Shown here piece by piece: positions 1 to 9,120 of a stretch of DNA of 32,000 bases. Source of the DNA: Candidatus Saccharimonadota bacterium. GTDB lineage: Bacteria; Patescibacteriota; Saccharimonadia; Saccharimonadales; Saccharimonadaceae. The position numbers and the translations under genes are program-made. Under the pieces are notes generated by a model, which was not told the origin of the DNA, did not search any database, and was given only the letters and a program-made list of their open reading frames with translations. The stretch covers positions 150,001 through 182,000 of the forward strand of contig DIRZ01000002.1 of the NCBI GenBank assembly GCA_002421785.1, in the 5' to 3' direction. Each line of letters starts with the position of its first letter. The stretch's first letter is position 1.

Positions 1-2743
1 GTACCTCATTGCGAAGCCAGTTTTTACCAGCCGTTGCATCATCGTTTTTTATTGAAACATATATTGCCATGAGGATTTGTCGTACTAAGGTACCAGCTAG
101 TGGATGGCTATCGGAGATATACTTATTTGCAAACTCAACCGGTGTTTTGACGCGGGCGGCATTCGCCTTGCTTGATGCCAGCATAGTAGTGTATTCAGCG
201 ACTCCCAGACCCCTTGCAAGCTCTTGGTATGACGATAGTGCAAAGTTACCTGTACGCTCAAACTCTAGAGCTTTAATGTAATACTTTTCTTCCTTAGTGA
301 AGTCTTTCCAAGTGGCTTTAGAGAAACCTTTTGGTATTAGGTATTCAAATGCTACACGCACGGCCGATTCGATGATCGTTTGGATTGGCGATTTGTTCTT
401 TTTGTCACGCTCGCGGTTGAGTTCTAGCTCCACGTTTACGTCACCGAGAGTTTTGTAGCTAGTGAGGACTTTTAGGGATGCTGCGTAGGCTGCGAGCATG
501 TAGTCGTTGTCAGTAAAATCTGGTTCTGCGCCAGCATCAAGATCTCGCATACTATCAATTTGCAGTTTCACCTCACGCTTGATCTGCGGGTAGATGTCTT
601 CGAGCCATCCGCTTTCGTTCCCTAGGTTTTTGCGAAGCACCATGAGCACAGTACCTTTTACGTAGTTGCCCGCCTTTAGACCGCTAGCGTCTGTTTCGGT
701 GGCTATATTCCAAGCCGCAGTTACCTGCAGACCAGCAGACCAGAGAATAAGTGACATTTCTGCCCAAACCGCCGGGTCTTGATGTGTAAACATAACAACC
801 TGCATACCGTCGTCGGGCATATGATTAGCAAGATTCTTGTAAACGTCTACCATTGAATGAGCAAAGGAGCTCCCTGTGCCCTTTACTGCACGGTCCCTGT
901 TGCTATGGCTATACCATTCCGGAAATGTCTTTTTGATGAGTTTATTGTCCCAGGCGAGGAAAAATTCAGAGAGCTCATGATAATTAACTGCATCTGCGTA
1001 CGGTGGGTCAGTAATCCAAAAATGACATACATCATTTACAGTTCTTGCGTCTTCAACTTTTACCGAAGCGCTCGTTTTAATGCCGTATTCTTTTACTTTC
1101 ATACCCCACAAGTCTTCTAGCATCGGTAGAGCACGTACGGGATAATTGTATACTGTGTTTAGTGCCTGATTATAGAAAGTTTGCGCTGCAGATTCACGAG
1201 CTTGGCCAGTTCCCCAGCGACAAAGCTTACTATTCCAATCAGCAATTTTGTTAACACCTAATGTAGCGAGGGCTAGTTCATCTTGCTTAGCGCGCCTAAA
1301 GCTAGACTCGATAAATAATCCCAGCGTAAGTAGCTGTCTTGGGTTGAAAAGTTGGTGCCAATAACTCCACCCTCGCTCGCGGATAGGTTGGTCGGTGTTA
1401 TAGCCCGACTCTATCCGATCGGATGGCAAATAGCCCTTTTCTTGCCAATCTATAAATCGCTCACTTAACAATTCGATGACCTTTTTTTCGCGTTGTATAT
1501 CTCCGGCCGTAGGAGCGGTGTAGTATCTTGCGCTTTTGCCGTTAACATTTCTTTCGTAACGTATTGCAAAAAGTCTTTCTTGGAAAATATCATCGTCTCG
1601 AGGGTAAAAATCGGACTTTTCCCATGATCTTAATCCGCTCGTAGGTTTCCCTTCAGGACTTTTGCGATCTCTACGAATTGAAGATATAGGAGTTACTGTT
1701 TTACAATTCAGGCAATTAACGCCATCACTAGTAATGGTAGAGGTTGAATTTACTTGTGCGATTTCTTCCTTGGAGGCATTCATTTTAATTGATATATCAA
1801 AGGATTGCGAAGAAAAATTTGGTTGCAGCTGAGCTATAGTCTTACTCCCCATGCCAACAATCCATGAAGGAGATAATGGAACTCTCCATCCGCATGCTGG
1901 GCACGTGACTTCATTGCAATATAAATACATGTTTGCACGGTCGCCTATCTCATTGCGTTCTATTCCCCACTGCTCAAGCTGGGAGTCTACCTCGGCGTAT
2001 ACAGTCGACTGAAATTTCTCTAATCTGCTTATCTGCGCCTTATCAGTACCGATATTTTGAGAGGCCCAGGTTAACAGAGCGGCAGCTGGATTTAAATCAG
2101 AACCAAAAGTATTCAAACCTATTCTCGCAGACTCAAACGGCACACTGCCTCCACCAGCAAAACAGTCCCCGACCTTTGCGACTTCGCCGTAGCGTCTGAT
2201 ACTAAGTTGCTCTAAGAGTTCCTGCAAACTCTGGGCCGAGGTATCCAGGTAATTGTTGATACTTACCCATGACTCTTCGGGAATATTCTCTGTCTCATCA
2301 GGACGTTTACAATAGACGCTTTTCTCGTCATAGCTCATGCGTGAAAATACTAATCTTTGCAAGGTATTTTTATCGTCACTATCAATACCTAGCTTCCAAG
2401 TCGGATTATTACCTGCGGCAAAATAGCGCGCTTTTTCAGCAGTGGTGGTTTTAGCGTATAAAACAGAGGGCGGTATAGACTTGTACTTGCGTGCTAGCAT
2501 TCCAGCATCATCCATACCTAAGATACTTAGGAATATTTCATGATCCCTCTTAGGGTTGTCTGTCGCTGGCATCAAAAGCCCTAGAACTGTTGCTCTCACC
2601 ATTATTAGCGGCTTTCGACCCCACCATTTCCCTAGATTGGTGAGAGCCTGACCAGTGCCAGCCTTACGCTCTTTGTAGCTCTCTTTCGACACCTTCGATA
2701 CGGGGAATTGGGTTTCGATAAATGATTTTTGGATTTCTGTCAT
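1..2743 (-). CDS. DUF1156-type putative DNA (N6-adenine/N4) methyltransferase, 3'-truncated by the window edge (>914 aa)
   Basis: I translated an uninterrupted minus-strand frame from the ATG at 2743 to position 2. The ORF track misses it because no stop lies in the window. N-terminus MTEIQKSFIETQFPVSKVSKESYKERKAG..LGKWWGRKPL. SAM motif DCFAGGGSVPFESARIG..GSDLNPAA. Later WHQLFNPRQLL and FWITDPPYADAVNYHELSEFF (motif IV). Confidence 0.85.
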   Translation of the reverse strand, partial: MTEIQKSFIETQFPVSKVSKESYKERKAGTGQALTNLGKWWGRKPLIMVRATVLGLLMPATDNPKRDHEIFLSILGMDDAGMLARKYKSIPPSVLYAKTTTAEKARYFAAGNNPTWKLGIDSDDKNTLQRLVFSRMSYDEKSVYCKRPDETENIPEESWVSINNYLDTSAQSLQELLEQLSIRRYGEVAKVGDCFAGGGSVPFESARIGLNTFGSDLNPAAALLTWASQNIGTDKAQISRLEKFQSTVYAEVDSQLEQWGIERNEIGDRANMYLYCNEVTCPACGWRVPLSPSWIVGMGSKTIAQLQPNFSSQSFDISIKMNASKEEIAQVNSTSTITSDGVNCLNCKTVTPISSIRRDRKSPEGKPTSGLRSWEKSDFYPRDDDIFQERLFAIRYERNVNGKSARYYTAPTAGDIQREKKVIELLSERFIDWQEKGYLPSDRIESGYNTDQPIRERGWSYWHQLFNPRQLLTLGLFIESSFRRAKQDELALATLGVNKIADWNSKLCRWGTGQARESAAQTFYNQALNTVYNYPVRALPMLEDLWGMKVKEYGIKTSASVKVEDARTVNDVCHFWITDPPYADAVNYHELSEFFLAWDNKLIKKTFPEWYSHSNRDRAVKGTGSSFAHSMVDVYKNLANHMPDDGMQVVMFTHQDPAVWAEMSLILWSAGLQVTAAWNIATETDASGLKAGNYVKGTVLMVLRKNLGNESGWLEDIYPQIKREVKLQIDSMRDLDAGAEPDFTDNDYMLAAYAASLKVLTSYKTLGDVNVELELNRERDKKNKSPIQTIIESAVRVAFEYLIPKGFSKATWKDFTKEEKYYIKALEFERTGNFALSSYQELARGLGVAEYTTMLASSKANAARVKTPVEFANKYISDSHPLAGTLVRQILMAIYVSIKNDDATAGKNWLRNEV

Positions 2744-2745
2744 AA

Positions 2746-3324
2746 CTAGAGCTCGTCTTCTTTGAATTTGGTGAAAAGTGATGCCTGTCGATTTGTGGAA
2801 TCTTCGATAGGGTTTTCTGTTAACGCATAACGAAGCGCTCGCCGCCAGCCGAAATTGTCATCCGCCTTGCCGGAGGTGGCGTTTGTCATAGTATAAAGCC
2901 ACCAACGCTCTTCGGCTCGCAAGCCTAGCCAGTTTTTGATAGCGATATCGATAACAGAAGGGTCGCAATCAGCCACGGCCCAAGCCATTATCATCATCTC
3001 TTTGCCGAGTAGTCGATGGACCGGTGTTTTTGATGCCAGCCATTTGCCAGCAGTGTGTTTGCTAGCTCTTAGTCGTGCGTTAAATTCAGTCGCGAGTACT
3101 GGCTTAATCTTTTCCCATTTTTGCTTCGATAAACGAACTTTTATGACATCGAAGCGTGCGTCGATCTTTTGCGTGCCATCTTGCCACTTCGTGCGCTCGT
3201 ATATACAAACATCTTGCTTTTCACCGCGAGGAACATCCACTAGGAAGTGGATGTTTGTCTCGTCCGGTACGAAACCGAAACCGATACTTTTGGTAATTTT
3301 AGGCTTGGGACTGCTGGATTTCAT
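2746..3324 (-). CDS. small DUF3780-like middle component of the DUF499/DUF1156 cassette
   Basis: 192-aa ORF. Its ATG (3324) overlaps the upstream gene end by 26 nt, and its TAG lies 2 nt before the next ATG (2743), which indicates translational coupling. Size and position match the DUF3780 partner as I remember it. No catalytic motif seen. Confidence 0.7.
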   Translation of the reverse strand: MKSSSPKPKITKSIGFGFVPDETNIHFLVDVPRGEKQDVCIYERTKWQDGTQKIDARFDVIKVRLSKQKWEKIKPVLATEFNARLRASKHTAGKWLASKTPVHRLLGKEMMIMAWAVADCDPSVIDIAIKNWLGLRAEERWWLYTMTNATSGKADDNFGWRRALRYALTENPIEDSTNRQASLFTKFKEDEL

Positions 3325-6300
3325 TAGGATTTAGCTTTGTTATATCGATATTATTTGCGCTGGCGTACTGTTTAAACGAAACACCACTTGCAAAGTTTAA
3401 CTTACGAGTCTTTATTTCTACAGTAATATCTTCTTTACTTGCGGATAAGACGGCGCGCATCTGGTCAATAAGCTTGCGCACATCCTCTCCGGTAAACTCA
3501 ACACCTTCACCGATAGACATGACAACGAATTTGTCTGGGTCGTTACCGATCTTAAGAGCGATAGATGTAAGTTCTGCCTTGGTATGGCCTTGCTCTAGCT
3601 CCTCGATCAGCTGATATGTCTGCGTGTTATCAGACGTCTGAAGGCTCTGTGTGAACGCAACGGGCTGATGATCACCTACTTCGACGGTTCCGTCGGTTTG
3701 TGGTACAGCCAACTCTTCGATGTCGCCGTAGTCATCACCTACATGCGCCACGACTCGTACATAGCGCGCACCTTCTGGGATGGATATCGGAGAATCATAT
3801 ATACCTCCGTTATCTCGAGGGTCGCTGGAATCTGTGGTGTAACGTAACTCTGCTTCATTGTTCACCTTTAGGGTAAGCTGAAGGCCGCTGCCGTGGTTTG
3901 AAAATTCATGGTTAATGACGAAAGGTGTGTTGTAGCGTACTACTTCGCCCGTCTCATGGGCACCTGTTGAGTCGACACAAAGGAAGTAATTGGTACGGTT
4001 CTTTACTTTGAAAAACTCAGTGTTTTCTACCAGCTTTGAAGCTTCAGAAACATTTTCATTTGTATCTACATACACTTTGTCGCCATACTTTGGCGAAATC
4101 TTTAGAATAGTCTCACCGCTGTCACGGTCATAATCGCGCTTCAATATTTCTACACCCGTAGATTCCTTGGCGAATGGGCCTTTTTCGATGAAGCCGCCGT
4201 TGTCACGCCACTGACCTTCAGCGATCGCACGTGACTTAAGCGCATCCAACGCCTTAGGGTGGTGCCATGACCAGCTACAGTTACGTGCAGCGTTTCCAAG
4301 GAGATCGCCCCACTGGATTTCTTGTTGGGCTGGACCAAAGAGCTTTGCCTCTACCTTTTCTCGGAAGTTCACTGATTCGATATCTTCTGTAAACTTCATC
4401 TCGTCTTTTAGAACACTCGTGATCTGCTCTTCTGCGTTGAATGAGTTGTTCGCAAACTGGAAGTTAATGTCGGCTCGGTCTAGACGATCACCAGAGCCGT
4501 CGTTACGAGGGAAATAAACAGTCGTAAATGTCTCGCGCACTGCAGAGGTAATATTCATGTAGATTTTGTCGCGCTTGTCGATAGCATTTTTAAACTGAGG
4601 GTCATTTTCGCTGACACGATTGTCTTTCATGTCTTCGATGATGACATCAATACCCTTAAGTTCTTTAAATACCGAAATCATATTGTTCCAGGTCTGACGT
4701 TCACCACTAAGGAACAGGAAGCGGTTTTTAAATGGATGCTGCTGCCAGTAATCACGCAGTTCAGCGCTTAGATCTGTCGTGAGCGTACTTGGCTCTGTGA
4801 CGATGAGCGTGACTTTTTTCGATTCGACATTTATTTCATCGACTCCTGGGAAAATCTGTACGCTCTGGTAGCAGTCGTTTCGAACTGGCTTAAGTTCATT
4901 CTCTAGGTACTTTTTTGCCTCTTTACGTGCTGCTTCATCATCGTAGCTTCCCACGAGTTCTGTTAAGCGGGCGTTAAGATTTTGGTTTTGCTGGAAGAAG
5001 TGGCGGTTATCTTTGTCGATCGCCATATACCACGCCTGGCTAACCAATAATTCGAGTGATGGCTTGATCTGCTGAACATCTACTCCTGGATGGACCAAGG
5101 TTGCCGTTATTTCGCTTTGGTTTAGACCCTTTAGGCTGCCGTGTGTAGTCGCCAATGATGCCACTAGAATTAGTCGTGCCATATCCTGTGTTACAGTGCC
5201 GCCAGTCTGCTTATCGTTCAGTTGGGCTACGGATGTGCCGTCCTGAGTATATATATCATGTCGAATGGCGGGAGTAAGAGAGCCATTGAGTTGTTCGACT
5301 TCGGTCAAAAGCCTAGTGTTGCTCAGATTAATATCCTGAGGAGTAATAAGAGTAATTTCGTTTTTATTATCATGAATGTCTTTAACCATGGTTCGAACGA
5401 GCCGAATCACTCCACGAGTCTGCTGGAAACCTGAGTTGTCTTTGAATCGGTTATACAGATCGATGAAAGATGGATGGAATGGGTAGCTTTCAACTATACG
5501 CGTATACTCTACATTCGGATCAACGTTTGTCAGGCCCATCTGCTTTGCTTCATTGAGTACAGACTTATAGCTCTCTGCTGTTGCACGGATCTGGTCTTCG
5601 GCAGGCAGACTTTCAAATAGTTTCTTTTTAAGAATCTCAACCAGCTCGTTTGACTGATTTCGAACAGGAGTTAGATTCAACGAGACTCGAGTTAGCTCAC
5701 TTCTGATATTGTCGAGCACTTCTTTAATAATGTCGGTGCCTTCGCTCCAGCTGCCAGCAAGGTCAGCTATAACGATCATGACGTTATTCAGCTCGTTGTC
5801 TTTGATGGCGTTGAAGAGGTTTGCTAATGCTGTCGCCGTGACTACACTAAGGTCTGAATTGCCTACCGATACTGATTTGGCATTCACCAAGTACGGAGGA
5901 AGTTCGTCAAGCAGAATTAGCGTTGGTTGCCCCTTAAGCATGTTCACCCATGCGTCATTGCCTGGAGCTTTGAACTGAGGATTATAGTAGCTCTTAAATT
6001 CTTCTTCTTTGCCAAGCTGTTTCGCGATTTCGCCCCAAACTCCTAGCTCTGTATCAACTTGACGACCCGAAAACCCGACGACCTTAACTTCTCCATCAAA
6101 ATGGTTGGCACCTAAAAATCTTTCTCTGTATTCAGGGTGCTTTGCCAATAGCCCCAAAGTGATCATACTGTGCGTTTTACCGCCACCCATGTTCTGTGTC
6201 AGTTTAATGATGCCGTGATCATCTTTGCCCTCGAAGCGGCCAAATGCTGTCGTTAGCAACTGGTTGATGCCATCAGTAAAGTAACTTTCAGAAAAGAAAC

Positions 6301-6412
6301 GCTCAGGATCGATTTGCCCTTTAAACAGATTATTAATCTCGAGAACATCATCTTTCGAAGAATCGTCCAGTACGGATGGTCTTAGTTTCACTGCTTGGAG
6401 GAGGTTGGGCAT
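3299..6412 (-). CDS. DUF499-type large P-loop ATPase (1037 aa)
   Basis: Long ORF with Walker A NMGGGKTHSM and Walker-B-like PTLILLDELPPY near the N-terminus. First gene of a tightly packed three-gene minus-strand operon. Confidence 0.85.
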   Translation of the reverse strand: MPNLLQAVKLRPSVLDDSSKDDVLEINNLFKGQIDPERFFSESYFTDGINQLLTTAFGRFEGKDDHGIIKLTQNMGGGKTHSMITLGLLAKHPEYRERFLGANHFDGEVKVVGFSGRQVDTELGVWGEIAKQLGKEEEFKSYYNPQFKAPGNDAWVNMLKGQPTLILLDELPPYLVNAKSVSVGNSDLSVVTATALANLFNAIKDNELNNVMIVIADLAGSWSEGTDIIKEVLDNIRSELTRVSLNLTPVRNQSNELVEILKKKLFESLPAEDQIRATAESYKSVLNEAKQMGLTNVDPNVEYTRIVESYPFHPSFIDLYNRFKDNSGFQQTRGVIRLVRTMVKDIHDNKNEITLITPQDINLSNTRLLTEVEQLNGSLTPAIRHDIYTQDGTSVAQLNDKQTGGTVTQDMARLILVASLATTHGSLKGLNQSEITATLVHPGVDVQQIKPSLELLVSQAWYMAIDKDNRHFFQQNQNLNARLTELVGSYDDEAARKEAKKYLENELKPVRNDCYQSVQIFPGVDEINVESKKVTLIVTEPSTLTTDLSAELRDYWQQHPFKNRFLFLSGERQTWNNMISVFKELKGIDVIIEDMKDNRVSENDPQFKNAIDKRDKIYMNITSAVRETFTTVYFPRNDGSGDRLDRADINFQFANNSFNAEEQITSVLKDEMKFTEDIESVNFREKVEAKLFGPAQQEIQWGDLLGNAARNCSWSWHHPKALDALKSRAIAEGQWRDNGGFIEKGPFAKESTGVEILKRDYDRDSGETILKISPKYGDKVYVDTNENVSEASKLVENTEFFKVKNRTNYFLCVDSTGAHETGEVVRYNTPFVINHEFSNHGSGLQLTLKVNNEAELRYTTDSSDPRDNGGIYDSPISIPEGARYVRVVAHVGDDYGDIEELAVPQTDGTVEVGDHQPVAFTQSLQTSDNTQTYQLIEELEQGHTKAELTSIALKIGNDPDKFVVMSIGEGVEFTGEDVRKLIDQMRAVLSASKEDITVEIKTRKLNFASGVSFKQYASANNIDITKLNPNEIQQSQA

Positions 6413-6520
6413 CTACATTATCCTTGCTGTTTAATGTTAATCAATAAAATTACTCCGATTGTAATCAGACTATTACACAACATTATACCTTAATTACCTC
6501 AAGAAATCACCCTGAGAGTG

Positions 6521-6550
6521 TCGAGAATTGTCAAGAATTGACGATAATTG
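6521..6550. repeat. three tandem 10-bp repeats: tcgaGAATTG / tcaaGAATTG / acgaTAATTG
   Basis: Read directly in the 378-nt divergent intergenic region between the DUF499 operon and the ParB-methylase gene. The 10-bp period equals one helical turn. Confidence 0.6.
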
Positions 6551-6790
6551 AAAATGGTTTTTTAATATTGACTCTCCCCATCGCACAATGCTATTCTTGA
6601 TATAGCCACACGGCTAGCACCTTACCGGATCACAAGTCCCAATTCATTCAAAGCTATATATAGCATAGAAAGAGTTGATAGAAAGGAGGCGAACCTTTTA
6701 TCTCAACTGAGGTAAATTGTTTGTGCTTCCGCTTCTAACAACTTAATCTATGCTCTTTTTATTTGGAGAGCATGAGAAAGGAAGCGTCTT

Positions 6791-8161
6791 ATGACCTCCA
6801 CAACCTCACAGCTGCAGGTGCAGCACATTAATATCAACGAACTGAAAGCAAGCGAGTTCAACCCGCGCACTTGGTCGGATCACCAGCTGGCGAAGCTCCG
6901 TGAAAGTATCGAGAAGTTCGGCGTCGTTGACCCGCTCATCGTCAATACTCACCCGTCGCGCAAGAATATCGTGATCGGTGGCAATATGCGGCTCCAGGTG
7001 CTTCAGGAAATGAAATACACTGATGTGCCTGTGGTCGAGCTTAATCTCACTGAACGCAAAGAGTGCGAGCTCAACCTCCGACTTAATAAAACCGGGGGCG
7101 ACTGGGACTACGCACTACTAAAAGAGTTCGATGAAGACCTGCTGGCCGATGTCGGCTTCGAGTCCGAAGAGCTCGATGACGTATTCGCTATCGAGGATAC
7201 CGAAGAAAAGGCTTCGTTCGACCTAAAAAAGGAGTTGAATAAGCTCGACATCAAGAAAATCACCGTTCAAAAGGGCGACGTCTACCAACTAGGCGACTCG
7301 CGTCTAATGTGCGGCGACTCCACTATCGAAGCCGACTTCGACAAGCTGATGAACGGTGAAAAAGCCGATATGTGCATGACTGACGAACCATATATCCTCG
7401 ACTACCTACATGCCAAGCGCGGCGGCAAACCAGTTAAAGGCTTCGGCGCCAAGCGTGACCGCATCTATCTCGAAACTGAAACTTTACCAGATAACTTCAT
7501 CGAACTGTGGATGGCAAATGTCGCCAAGCACGCCAAACCAGACTTCAGTATTATCTCGTACGAAAACTGGAAAAACCTGCGCGAAATGTGGAATGCCATG
7601 GAAAAGTACTGGAAGGTCAAGAATATGATTGTCTGGCACTTACCAAATCGACATCAGGGTTTTTCATCAAAGTATAAGTTCTTCTCCAAACACGACATTG
7701 CTGTCGTTGGCGGCTCGGGTGATGTGCCATACAACACCGACGAAGAAGAGGGTCCGTTACAGGAAATGTACGAAACTGCCCTATTCGCCATCTCTGGCAA
7801 ACCGCAGTGGGAAGGCTACGAAAAAGGCAAGAAATACATGCCGACCGACTTCATCGAGTTCAATGCCGATGACCTCAAAGGCTCCGGCCAGGGTGTAGTA
7901 TTCGGTACAAAGCCACTAGACATCCTCATTCCCTATATCAAGGTCCTAACGCGACGTGGTGACCTCGTAGTGGAGCCTTTCGGCGGGTCGGGCAGTACAC
8001 TCATCGCATCGATCAAACTTAATCGTCGCTGCTACATCATGGAAAAGGTACCGACCTATGCCGAAGTGATCATGCGGCGCTGGGAAAAAGAAACCGGCTT
8101 GAAGCGCAAGCTGATCGTGCGAGGTAGTGATGACGAAGTTCAGCCGAGCGTACAGGAGTAA
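6791..8161 (+). CDS. ParB-like N-terminal domain fused to a beta-class DNA methyltransferase (copy 1)
   Basis: RBS GAAAGGAAG precedes the ATG. N-terminus has a ParB-type segment (NPRTWSD..FGVVDPLIV..IVIGGNMRLQ). Motif IV variant MTDEPY comes before motif I VVEPFGGSGSTLIA, which is the beta-class order. By eye roughly 60% identical to the 20225-21562 product. Confidence 0.85.
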   Translation: MTSTTSQLQVQHININELKASEFNPRTWSDHQLAKLRESIEKFGVVDPLIVNTHPSRKNIVIGGNMRLQVLQEMKYTDVPVVELNLTERKECELNLRLNKTGGDWDYALLKEFDEDLLADVGFESEELDDVFAIEDTEEKASFDLKKELNKLDIKKITVQKGDVYQLGDSRLMCGDSTIEADFDKLMNGEKADMCMTDEPYILDYLHAKRGGKPVKGFGAKRDRIYLETETLPDNFIELWMANVAKHAKPDFSIISYENWKNLREMWNAMEKYWKVKNMIVWHLPNRHQGFSSKYKFFSKHDIAVVGGSGDVPYNTDEEEGPLQEMYETALFAISGKPQWEGYEKGKKYMPTDFIEFNADDLKGSGQGVVFGTKPLDILIPYIKVLTRRGDLVVEPFGGSGSTLIASIKLNRRCYIMEKVPTYAEVIMRRWEKETGLKRKLIVRGSDDEVQPSVQE

Positions 8162-8741
8162 GATCCTCGGTCTCCTCCGAGAGAATCCGAATCTTCAGCG
8201 TGCCTGCAAAAAAGCAGGCATCGCTCGAAGTACTCTCTACCGCTGGATGGAGGAAAACATCGACTTTCGCGATGATGTGCGTGACGCACAAGAAATTGGC
8301 CAGGACACCCTGAATGATTACGTTGAGGCTAAGCTGATGGAAAACATCCAAAACAACACGCAGCGCTCGATTGAATTTTACCTGCGCCATAACAGCCCGA
8401 AGTACGCCTCAACTCGTGTCGAAACCGAGTACTTCGATAAGCGCGGTATTGGGCGTATTACGCACTTGCCTATTGGCATCGACCCGATGTATTACAGCGG
8501 CGAAATCGACATACTGGACAAGCTCGCCGAACGAATGGAGTTGCGTCGCGCCATGAACGAAGCTAAGTTCGACACCGAAGATTACGACCCAAACAGGCCC
8601 ATTCGTCCCGAAAGATTAGGCAAAATGTTCGCCGAAGAGTTCTATCAGGCGTTTCCTAAAGCCAAAGATATAATCGACGATCAACTATACGAATACGATA
8701 AGAAAAAGCAGCAAGAAGGTCCCGAGCAGGATGATCGCTAG
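8127..8741 (+). CDS. small HTH protein resembling a phage small terminase or regulator (copy 1)
   Basis: GTG 8127 / ATG 8130 start overlaps the methylase 3' end. HTH-like NLQRACKKAGIARSTLYRWMEENIDFRDDVRDAQ. Homologous to the 21555-22007 product. Confidence 0.7.
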   Translation: MMTKFSRAYRSKILGLLRENPNLQRACKKAGIARSTLYRWMEENIDFRDDVRDAQEIGQDTLNDYVEAKLMENIQNNTQRSIEFYLRHNSPKYASTRVETEYFDKRGIGRITHLPIGIDPMYYSGEIDILDKLAERMELRRAMNEAKFDTEDYDPNRPIRPERLGKMFAEEFYQAFPKAKDIIDDQLYEYDKKKQQEGPEQDDR

Positions 8742-8767
8742 ACTTATGCCCTGCTTGGCGGTATGTT
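8739..8767 (+). promoter_or_regulatory. conserved promoter-like motif TAGACT-N17-TATGTT (site 1)
   Basis: CTAGACTT..GCGGTATGTTGTCTTGC. The same ~45-bp pattern recurs at 10049 and 22800. Lies upstream of the 8793 ORF. Confidence 0.45.
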
Positions 8768-8792
8768 GTCTTGCTGAAGAAAGGAATCACAG

Positions 8793-9095
8793 ATGAAAAT
8801 GACAGATGATGCGATGAAGATGCGAAGTGGCACCAGCCTCCGGGGCTACATTAATGCCCACTATAGCCAGTTGGTCGAGCTATTCGGCGAACCGTACGCC
8901 GATGACAGTAATTACAAGACGGACGCCGAATGGATCATCCCTACACCGCACGGCCCAGCCACAATCTACAATTATAAGAACGGTTTCTCGTACCTGGGAC
9001 TTAGCGGATTAAGGCTTGAAGAAATGGACGAGTGGCACGTCGGCGGCAAAAATAGCAAAAGTTATGAGTGGGTCTTACAGCTATTAAGCAGCTAG
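8793..9095 (+). CDS. hypothetical 100-aa protein (phage-type small protein)
   Basis: RBS AAAGGAA precedes the ATG. No motif I can assign. Occupies the variable slot of module 1. Confidence 0.6.
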   Translation: MKMTDDAMKMRSGTSLRGYINAHYSQLVELFGEPYADDSNYKTDAEWIIPTPHGPATIYNYKNGFSYLGLSGLRLEEMDEWHVGGKNSKSYEWVLQLLSS

Positions 9096-9120
9096 TTGTA
9101 ATCTGTACTATAATCAGTTC

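Noticed and set aside
9-2454. Plus-strand track ORFs 9-281, 857-1120, 1933-2199 and 2269-2454
   Set aside because: All lie antisense to a continuous minus-strand frame (2743 to the window edge) that carries clear methyltransferase motifs. Their sequences are low-complexity and have no motifs.
2936-3334. 132-aa plus-strand ORF
   Set aside because: It is antisense to the DUF3780-like gene, which sits in a tightly coupled operon. It has no RBS and no motif.
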